From an uncultured Gammaproteobacteria bacterium (GTDB lineage: Bacteria > Cyanobacteriota > Vampirovibrionia > Gastranaerophilales > CAJFVJ01), in contig CAYUHE010000003.1 in NCBI GenBank assembly GCA_964444415.1, forward strand, positions 26,296 through 90,295: a DNA stretch of 64,000 nt, read 5' to 3'. How positions within the stretch are numbered: the stretch's first letter is position 1; the number at the start of each line of letters is the position of its first letter. The translations under genes and the position numbers were made by a program. This document shows, in pieces, positions 1-6,241 of this stretch. Below the pieces are notes generated by a model, which was given only the letters and a program-made list of their open reading frames with translations, ran no database searches and was not told the DNA's origin.

Positions 1-1
1 A

Positions 2-79
2 ATGCAAATGGATGTGGCAAACAAACTTATTGCCACAAACAAACAGCTTTTAGAAGAAACGCTCAGAATTTTACAATAA
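2..79 (+). CDS. 3' end of an unidentified CDS cut by the window edge
   Basis: Frame 2 is open from the window edge to TAA at 77-79 (...NKLIATNKQLLEETLRILQ*). It is too short to assign a family. Confidence 0.25.
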   Translation: MQMDVANKLIATNKQLLEETLRILQ

Positions 80-85
80 TAATTT

Positions 86-160
86 GTCTGGGTAGTTCAG
101 AATGGATAGAACGCATTCCTCCTAAGAATGATGTCGCAGGTTCGAATCCTGTCCCGGACA
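86..160 (+). tRNA. tRNA-Arg (anticodon CCT)
   Basis: Hand-folded 75-nt cloverleaf. Acceptor GTCTGGG/CCCGGAC, D stem GTTC/GAAC, anticodon stem CATTC/GAATG with loop CTCCTAA (CCT), T arm GCAGG-TTCGAAT-CCTGT, discriminator A. No encoded CCA. Confidence 0.9.
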
Positions 161-161
161 A
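144..161 (+). repeat. 18-nt direct repeat, proximal copy (tRNA 3' end; att-like core)
   Basis: GAATCCTGTCCCGGACAA is identical to 1379-1396. Confidence 0.7.
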
Positions 162-498
162 GTTATAGGATTTGGCAGGTGTTGCTTTTGGATTCTCACC
201 CAAGGGTTCTCCCCTTTCGGGGATCCTTATATAAAGTATTTGTCCAATTGAGATGAATGCAATTCGCTACAACCTTTTCAAATAGGGTATGTGGGCGATT
301 TGGGAAGTTTGAGATTTATCGGACAAAACGGACATTTTCCGGACATTCCACCAGACAAAAATCACACAGGGGTTTTGAGCCTGTATGCTCCACACTGAGC
401 GAAATACAGGCTTAAATATACCGTCCCAAAAATGTCCAATTTTTGATCTGTACCCTTTGTTGTGTTCATTTTATCCGCTGAATAGTTGGCATTTGTAT

Positions 499-762
499 AT
501 GACAGATACTATAGTAAGTATTATTATATCGATACTTGTTTTGTATAGCCCAATTAATATTACTAATGCGGCCGTCCGCATTTTGATGGGAGTAGATTCT
601 GAAAATATTAATATATACGAAGTAAAAGATTCTATTTGTACGATAGAGGATGTTAATAATCCCCACGATTTACATGTTTGGAATATTAATTCTCAGTTTG
701 TTTCTCTGAGCGTGCGGAAAAGTTTGTCTGCAAATTCCTGTTGGAATCTAGTCGATACCTAA
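499..762 (+). pseudogene. Fragment of a cation diffusion facilitator (CzcD-like) transporter gene
   Basis: The translation TDTIVSIIISILVL...IYEVKDSICTIEDVNNPHDLHVWNINSQFVSLSV matches only the last TM plus the cytoplasmic C-terminal domain signature (HDLHxW...LS.H) of CDF proteins. About 200 N-terminal residues are missing. The tail diverges and overlaps the convergent gene. Confidence 0.45.
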
Positions 763-1143
763 TTTTTTTGCTTCTTTTACATATTCAAAATGTTGTTTCA
801 TAAAACCTATACTTGCTGCAATCCCTCTTGCGATAAGTCTTTTAGCATCTTTCACACTTGTGATTTTTTCATTTACATCTTGAATTGGATTCATTCCGTC
901 TTTTGTGAAATAGCCAGGCTTTCGAGAAAGGTATACAGATGCATAGTTTGTAGGTCTTGCTTCGTGATCGTAATTTTTTACTATATCAAGGTCTATACCT
1001 TGTTTTTCAAGAGCATCTATTTGGGGTTTTAAAAATTCATCATTTGCGGCTTTTGTTATAAGTTTTTTTGTTTTACCGTCTTTTTCAAAGTTATAGGTTT
1101 TGACACTTTTAAACGTAATGTTATTATTTTTTGATATTATCAT
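748..1143 (-). CDS. Hypothetical protein (131 aa from ATG 1143; the ORF track starts at TTG 1170)
   Basis: The ORF is open. GAGGGA lies 3-5 nt upstream of ATG 1143. I recognised no motif. Confidence 0.5.
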   Translation of the reverse strand: MIISKNNNITFKSVKTYNFEKDGKTKKLITKAANDEFLKPQIDALEKQGIDLDIVKNYDHEARPTNYASVYLSRKPGYFTKDGMNPIQDVNEKITSVKDAKRLIARGIAASIGFMKQHFEYVKEAKKLGID

Positions 1144-1202
1144 TATTCCCTCGATTTCTTTTACTATCAATTTTGTTCATAAAAATATTAACATTTTGCT
1201 AC

Positions 1203-1240
1203 TATATTGTTAATTAATATTAATATAAATTAACAATATA
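1203..1240. promoter_or_regulatory. Perfect 13-bp inverted repeat (operator-like) upstream of the 748-1143 gene
   Basis: TATATTGTTAATT (1203-1215), then 12 nt, then AATTAACAATATA (1228-1240). It lies 60-97 nt upstream of the start codon. Confidence 0.4.
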
Positions 1241-1378
1241 CTGTACCCATAAATTAGGATGCGAAAAAAGGAATTTGCTTAAATTTCATCTCGGATTCTT
1301 AGATACTTTATCTCAAACTACCTGTCTCTTTACACCTTAGCTCTACGGCTCAGATTTGCTTCGCCTAGAGCATAAGGG

Positions 1379-1396
1379 GAATCCTGTCCCGGACAA
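1379..1396 (+). repeat. 18-nt direct repeat, distal copy (duplicated tRNA-Arg 3' end)
   Basis: Exact copy of 144-161. The flanking bases differ on both sides. Confidence 0.7.
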
Positions 1397-1659
1397 ATGA
1401 AATTTTCGGATGTTCGCAAAACAAAGTGGGTAAATTTGTTTTGCGAACTGGACGTTACCGCCGTTGCGAAGCTAAGCAATCTTCGATTGCACAGGCGGAA
1501 TTCATCTATTTCCAATAAGGGATTCTTATCCAAGGGGAATCCAACTTTGGACAATCGTTTTCTTAACAATTCTTATATTAGAGTTGTAAGCCTGTGCATA
1601 ATTTAGTACAATGCCTTTTATACGATATGGTCTTTTTTGCGAGGATAGTGGGAGTGATT

Positions 1660-2325
1660 ATGAAAAAGTTTTTTGTTTTGCTGATGTTTTTGTTTATCTC
1701 AAATTCTTTTGTATGGGCATATGATGTCGATTTTAATAAAGAAGGTCAATATCAAAAAAAAGTTATGGAAATGGGTTTCGGCATTTTGAATGCTAATAGG
1801 ATTGAGAAAAGAATTATATTCAGATATCAAGGGAATAAGATTCCTAATGCTTATGCAGATAGTTATGAAAAATCCGTTATAGTTTTAAAAGGTCTTATGC
1901 CATATATGGATGATGATTCAGAGCTTGCAGGTATTTTGTCTCATGAGATAGCGCATAATATAGATTATTATGAGGGTTTTTGGCGCTGTATGGCTATGGC
2001 TTGGTCACCGCAAAAATATGAGGAAAAGGCAGATAAAAAAGCTGTTGATTATATGGTCAAAGCAGGATATGACCCTGTTGCTATGATAATAGTTCTGAAT
2101 AAAATATGTGGACAATCAGGTAGTAGCACTCATCCAGTTACATTAAAGCGTTTGGCTTATATTTATGAATATATTTATCAAAAATACCCTGCCTATTTGG
2201 CGGATAATCAATATAAGACCAATCTTTATTATCAAAATTTTCTTTTGACTTCAAAAAAAGAGAGAGAAAAAATACGTGATAAAAATTTGATTAATGTTTC
2301 AAATAAAAGTAAAAAAATTAACTAG
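1660..2325 (+). CDS. Exported HExxH zinc metallopeptidase, M48-like
   Basis: GGAG lies 5 nt before ATG 1660. The N-terminus MKKFFVLLMFLFISNSFVWA is a signal peptide. The motif GILSHEIAHN is present. The ORF-track start at 1594 is probably an over-extension. Confidence 0.6.
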   Translation: MKKFFVLLMFLFISNSFVWAYDVDFNKEGQYQKKVMEMGFGILNANRIEKRIIFRYQGNKIPNAYADSYEKSVIVLKGLMPYMDDDSELAGILSHEIAHNIDYYEGFWRCMAMAWSPQKYEEKADKKAVDYMVKAGYDPVAMIIVLNKICGQSGSSTHPVTLKRLAYIYEYIYQKYPAYLADNQYKTNLYYQNFLLTSKKEREKIRDKNLINVSNKSKKIN

Positions 2326-2327
2326 CT

Positions 2328-3053
2328 ATGATTAAAAAAAGTCTCAGCTATGTTATTTTATTAAACTTGGTGTTTATTCAATGCAATTTTGCTGTGTCGC
2401 AAATTATTGAAGACGATTTTGCAGCAAAAGCATTTCAGGGACAAAATTTATCAAAACCTGTTTTTAAAAAAGAAATCATTGAAGATGAAGCTGTATCTGA
2501 TTTTAAAGATAAAAAGCTGGAAATACCTGTATACAAAAAAGTTTTGCTGGAAGATGAAGTTGTTAAAAATGATTCAAAAATTCAATCTTGCACGAAATCT
2601 GCCGTGCATTACAAACTTATAGACGAAAATGCCGAGATTGTGAAAGTTTTTGTATGTTCTACTAATGTAATTACAACAAAAAATAGCTTAAAAATTGGGC
2701 AAAATCTTGATTTTAAAGTTGTAAAAGATGTTTATAAAAACGGAGTAATTTTTATAAAAAAAGATACGCCTGTTAATGCTTTTATAGAGCTGATTTCTAA
2801 GGCAGACCGTTATGGAGACCCTGATGAGATAGAGGTCGGAAGGTTTTCGACAAAAGATGCCACAGGCAACTCAGTTGAGTTGGTCGGCACAGTCAGAAAA
2901 CAAGGCGCTAACAGAGGTAAATGGGCCAAGCCGCTTTATTATGCAGGTTTGAGCGTTCCTCTATTTGGGACACCTTTGTTATTGTGCTATTTTGTCAAAG
3001 GCGGCAAAACTTGCATCAAGACTGAGCAAAATTTCGAATTATATTATGAATAA
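2328..3053 (+). CDS. Hypothetical exported protein or lipoprotein
   Basis: Starts 3 nt after the peptidase stop. Hydrophobic N-terminus with Cys (LVFIQC). Hydrophobic C-terminal segment. Confidence 0.5.
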   Translation: MIKKSLSYVILLNLVFIQCNFAVSQIIEDDFAAKAFQGQNLSKPVFKKEIIEDEAVSDFKDKKLEIPVYKKVLLEDEVVKNDSKIQSCTKSAVHYKLIDENAEIVKVFVCSTNVITTKNSLKIGQNLDFKVVKDVYKNGVIFIKKDTPVNAFIELISKADRYGDPDEIEVGRFSTKDATGNSVELVGTVRKQGANRGKWAKPLYYAGLSVPLFGTPLLLCYFVKGGKTCIKTEQNFELYYE

Positions 3054-3055
3054 CC

Positions 3056-3523
3056 TTATTCAGGTTGTCTTTTTTTGATAAAAGCTTTGTTATACTCACC
3101 CAATTGCGTAGCACCCGTCATTTGTTCAGGCGCAGCTGAGGCAGTTTGATTTTGCGGCGGCTGAGCTGGAGGCTGCATATTGGCAGCAATCATTTTGTAC
3201 CCGTTGTATTGTTGTTCAAGGCTATTAATCTCAGCTTTTTGGGTAGGTTCTTTAGCTTGAATTTTCATTTGTGTTATTTTTTCGCCAATGGCTGACAAAT
3301 CAGCTTCTTTAGAACCTTGAGGGTTTAGACCCAAAGAGTTCATAAAATTGCCCCATGGCAAGTCCGCCTTTGGAGGAGGCATTGCTGTAGAAGCTTTATT
3401 TGCGTCTTGAATTTGTTCTTGAGGTTTTATATTTTGATTTACTTGTGCTTTTTGGGATTGTCTTTCAAGAAGTTTTTTTCTCAGCCAGTCGTCATTTTGC
3501 CCGGATTTTATTCCGTTTATCAT
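3056..3523 (-). CDS. Modular repeat protein, paralog B (one PW..MM..LGL..QGS..AD..AI..KI..Q module)
   Basis: ATG 3523 is preceded by AAAGGA. It gives the N-terminus MINGIKSGQND, which matches the paralog's MVSGLNYLQND. The ORF-track TTG at 3544 is less likely. Confidence 0.6.
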   Translation of the reverse strand: MINGIKSGQNDDWLRKKLLERQSQKAQVNQNIKPQEQIQDANKASTAMPPPKADLPWGNFMNSLGLNPQGSKEADLSAIGEKITQMKIQAKEPTQKAEINSLEQQYNGYKMIAANMQPPAQPPQNQTASAAPEQMTGATQLGEYNKAFIKKRQPE

Positions 3524-3573
3524 GCGAATTCCTTTCATTTTCAACCAATTAATAGCGTTAGGTATTATATGCC

Positions 3574-3611
3574 CAAAAAAAACAGCTCTGAAACATCAGA
3601 ACTGTTTTTTT
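3574..3611 (-). terminator. Intrinsic terminator (bidirectional shape) between the two paralogs
   Basis: AACAGCTCTGA-aaca-TCAGAACTGTT stem with one mismatch, flanked by an A-run and a T-run. Confidence 0.6.
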
Positions 3612-3625
3612 ATAAATAGATTTAT

Positions 3626-4279
3626 TTATTTTACTTGAAGTTCATATTGTTCAAGTTGAGCTTGCAGAGATTCCAAGTTAGCTTTTTGATCTGCAGGCAA
3701 AGTTGTTGATTTCATTTGATTTATTTTGTTTTGTATTGCAGTAAAATCAGCTTTAGGCGAACCTTGAGGCTGAATTCCCAAAGTTTTCATCATAGTGAAC
3801 CATGGTGCTTCCGGAGGAGGACCTTGAGGTTTTTGACCTTCTTTTCCGACTTTTTTGCTTTTATGGTCATGATGATGTTGTTTTGCTATTTTTTTCATTT
3901 GTTCAAATTGTGTTTTTAGAGTTGCTAAGTTTGCTTTTTGCTCTGATGTTAAGTCAGTAGCTGATTCAAGTTGAGTTATTTTAGATTGTATTGCTGCGAA
4001 ATCAGCTTCTCTAGAACCTTGAAGTTGTAAGCCTAAAGACTGCATCATAGACTCCCAAGGAGGAGTTTGCATGCCATCTTGCACACTTTGCATAGGCGGT
4101 AATTTACCATTTTTTTGAAGGCGGGCTATCATATTTGTAAAAGTATCTATCTCAGAAGTGCTTTCACCTTTTGCTTGTTTTGCTGCTTTTAGTGCAGCTA
4201 AGTCACTTTGGATATTGCCTGTTGCGCTTATACCGTATTTTGCAAGGTCATTTTGTAAATAATTTAATCCTGATACCAT
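3626..4279 (-). CDS. Modular repeat protein, paralog A (two full modules and a His-rich linker)
   Basis: AGGAG lies 9 nt before the ATG. The internal repeats are described in the findings. Confidence 0.7.
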   Translation of the reverse strand: MVSGLNYLQNDLAKYGISATGNIQSDLAALKAAKQAKGESTSEIDTFTNMIARLQKNGKLPPMQSVQDGMQTPPWESMMQSLGLQLQGSREADFAAIQSKITQLESATDLTSEQKANLATLKTQFEQMKKIAKQHHHDHKSKKVGKEGQKPQGPPPEAPWFTMMKTLGIQPQGSPKADFTAIQNKINQMKSTTLPADQKANLESLQAQLEQYELQVK

Positions 4280-4316
4280 AATTAAAATCTCCTATATTTT
4301 TATTTTATAACTTTAA

Positions 4317-4344
4317 AATATACCCTTAGGGGTATTAAGGTCAA
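4317..4344 (-). promoter_or_regulatory. Sigma-70-type promoter with an embedded GC-rich palindrome
   Basis: On the minus strand: TTGACC (4344-4339), 16 nt, TATATT (4322-4317). ATACCC-ttag-GGGTAT (4320-4335) fills the spacer and overlaps the -10. Confidence 0.5.
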
Positions 4345-4377
4345 GAGAATTTCGAAAAGTTCCAACTAAAGTAGCAT

Positions 4378-4409
4378 AAAAAAGACCCCATTTTAAGGAG
4401 TCTTTTTTT
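4378..4409 (-). terminator. metK intrinsic terminator
   Basis: AAAAAGACCCC-atttta-AGGAGTCTTTTTTT hairpin, 16 nt downstream of the metK stop. Confidence 0.6.
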
Positions 4410-4424
4410 ATATGATATTCGATT

Positions 4425-5678
4425 TTATTGTGCGTTAGCAGAAAGGCAAGCTTGTTCTCTTAGAGTTGCAGCTTTGTCTGTTTGCTCCCAAGGAACATCA
4501 AGATCAGTTCTTCCCATATGACCGTATGAAGCAAGCAGTCTGTAGAAGTTGCCTCTATTTCTTAAAGGCAGTCCTGTAAGGTCGAATGTCCGGATGATTG
4601 CAGCCGGTCTTAAATCAAAGTTTTTTAAGATCAATTCTGAAATTTCATCGTCAGAAATTTTACCTGTTCCAAATGTGTCTACCATTATAGACATTGGAGT
4701 CGCAACACCTATTGCATAACCTATTTGAAGTTCACATTTGTCAGCCAATCCCGCTGCTACAATATTTTTGGCAACATATCTTGCTGCATAAGCTGCTGAA
4801 CGGTCAACTTTTGTAGGATCTTTTCCTGAAAAAGCACCGCCACCGTGACGAGAATAACCGCCATAAGTGTCTACGATGATTTTTCTTCCTGTTAGTCCTG
4901 CATCACCTTGAGGTCCGCCAACTACGAAACGACCTGATGGGTTGATGAAGTATTTTGTATTTTCATCGGGTTTGATTGAATAATTTGCAAATACAGGTCC
5001 GACGACAAGTCTAATCATATCTTCTCTGATGATTGCTTGAATTTGATCATTATCCTCAGTACCGTTGATTTCAGGGTCATGTTGAGTTGAGATAACAATC
5101 GCATCAATTCTTGATGGTTTATTATCTATATATTCAACAGTTACTTGTGTTTTTCCGTCTGGGCGAAGATAGTCGACAAGTCTTTGTTTTCTGACTTCTG
5201 CCAAGCGATAAGCAAGTTTGTGAGATAAACTTATAGGTAGAGGCATAAGTTCAGGTGTTTCATTACAAGCAAAACCGAACATAATGCCCTGATCGCCTGC
5301 GCCTGTATCAGCTTCATGATTAATTTCTCTAGCTTCAAGAGCTACATTTACACCACCTGCTATATCAACAGATTGCTCATCTATACTTGTTAATACGGCA
5401 CAACTTCTATAGTCAAAGCCGCCGCCTTTTGATTTTGTATATCCGATTTCTTTTACTGTATTTCTTACTACAGATGCGATATCAACGTAGCAATCCGATG
5501 TAATTTCACCTGCTACAAGTACCATACCTGTTGTAATAGAAGTTTCTGCCGCAACTCTTGCTTTAGGGTCTTTCATCAAGAAAGCATCTAATATTGCATC
5601 AGAAATTTGATCGCAAACTTTATCAGGATGCCCTTCAGTTACTGATTCTGAAGTGAAAAGGAATTTTTTTGATGTCAT
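4425..5678 (-). CDS. metK: S-adenosylmethionine synthase
   Basis: [19 protein letters not shown] and GGGAFSGKD signatures over the full length. Confidence 0.95.
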   Translation of the reverse strand: MTSKKFLFTSESVTEGHPDKVCDQISDAILDAFLMKDPKARVAAETSITTGMVLVAGEITSDCYVDIASVVRNTVKEIGYTKSKGGGFDYRSCAVLTSIDEQSVDIAGGVNVALEAREINHEADTGAGDQGIMFGFACNETPELMPLPISLSHKLAYRLAEVRKQRLVDYLRPDGKTQVTVEYIDNKPSRIDAIVISTQHDPEINGTEDNDQIQAIIREDMIRLVVGPVFANYSIKPDENTKYFINPSGRFVVGGPQGDAGLTGRKIIVDTYGGYSRHGGGAFSGKDPTKVDRSAAYAARYVAKNIVAAGLADKCELQIGYAIGVATPMSIMVDTFGTGKISDDEISELILKNFDLRPAAIIRTFDLTGLPLRNRGNFYRLLASYGHMGRTDLDVPWEQTDKAATLREQACLSANAQ

Positions 5679-5724
5679 TTTTCTGTCCTCATCTTTTCCA
5701 TATAAACAAACTAAATATAATAAA

Positions 5725-5753
5725 ATTTTATGTCAAATAAACCCTTGGGTCAA
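5725..5753 (-). promoter_or_regulatory. Putative metK promoter
   Basis: On the minus strand: TTGACC (5753-5748), 17 nt, TAAAAT (5730-5725). The -35 overlaps the palindrome ACCCTTGGGT. Confidence 0.45.
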
Positions 5754-5762
5754 ATTGTTGGA

Positions 5763-6092
5763 TTAATCTAATTGAGCCAAAGATCCATATAAAGCATCCA
5801 TAATATTTTCGAAGTCATCTTCTTTCATCGCCGTAACGGAGTTCATGACCATGTACAATGTGCGATTTTTGTCATACCAGCGGCGTTTATTCTCAGAGTG
5901 CATTACGCCTTTGATTTTTTCAATCCCAAGGCTTATAAGCTCTGTTTCGCTGCGGGTTCTTTTTACAGTCATTGCAGCTTGCAGGACTTCTTCCATCACC
6001 ATGTCTATTTCTTCTTCCGAATATTCTTTTAGAATCTCTAAAATTTTATTCGTTTTTTCGTATTGGTCGTACCAGCGTCTTTTTTCTTCCAT
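5763..6092 (-). CDS. Hypothetical acidic protein with a duplicated KRRWYD motif
   Basis: GGAGG lies 10 nt before ATG 6092; the ORF-track TTG at 6101 abuts the SD. Two half-repeats start EEKRRWYDQ and SENKRRWYDK. Confidence 0.55.
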   Translation of the reverse strand: MEEKRRWYDQYEKTNKILEILKEYSEEEIDMVMEEVLQAAMTVKRTRSETELISLGIEKIKGVMHSENKRRWYDKNRTLYMVMNSVTAMKEDDFENIMDALYGSLAQLD

Positions 6093-6115
6093 GTTTTCCA
6101 AGCCTCCGCAGAATA

Positions 6116-6144
6116 ATTTTACCTTTATAAAGGTTATTATGCAA
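6116..6144 (-). promoter_or_regulatory. Putative promoter of the KRRWYD gene with a palindrome in the spacer
   Basis: On the minus strand: TTGCAT (6144-6139), 17 nt, TAAAAT (6121-6116). The perfect 14-bp palindrome ACCTTTATAAAGGT lies at 6121-6134. Confidence 0.45.
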
Positions 6145-6187
6145 ATATATTTTCAGGTGGAGGATGATATTTAAACCCATGGGTCGA

Positions 6188-6216
6188 TGTTCAAAAGAAA
6201 TAATTATTGATATAAT
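6188..6216 (+). promoter_or_regulatory. Putative extended -10 promoter of the amidase-murI unit
   Basis: TGaTATAAT at 6208-6216. The -35 (TGTTCA) is weak. Confidence 0.3.
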
Positions 6217-6241
6217 TTTCTGAAGTGAAGAGGAGGCTTTT

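Noticed and set aside
385-762. The ORF-track entry of 125 aa as an intact gene.
   Set aside because: Only the C-terminal ~70 residues resemble a CDF transporter tail. The N-terminal part has no TM domain, and the 3' end overlaps the convergent gene. It is called a pseudogene fragment.
3850-3900. The His-rich stretch (QHHHDHKSKK) and Met-rich segments as direct evidence that the repeat proteins bind metal.
   Set aside because: The stretch is short, occurs in only one paralog and sits in a low-complexity linker. It is kept only as weak support for the operator hypothesis.
5679-5762. Expected a SAM riboswitch or long leader upstream of metK.
   Set aside because: Only 84 nt separate metK from the next gene. 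The region is AT-rich with no SAM-I/II-like helices. Only a promoter and the ACCCTTGGGT palindrome are visible.
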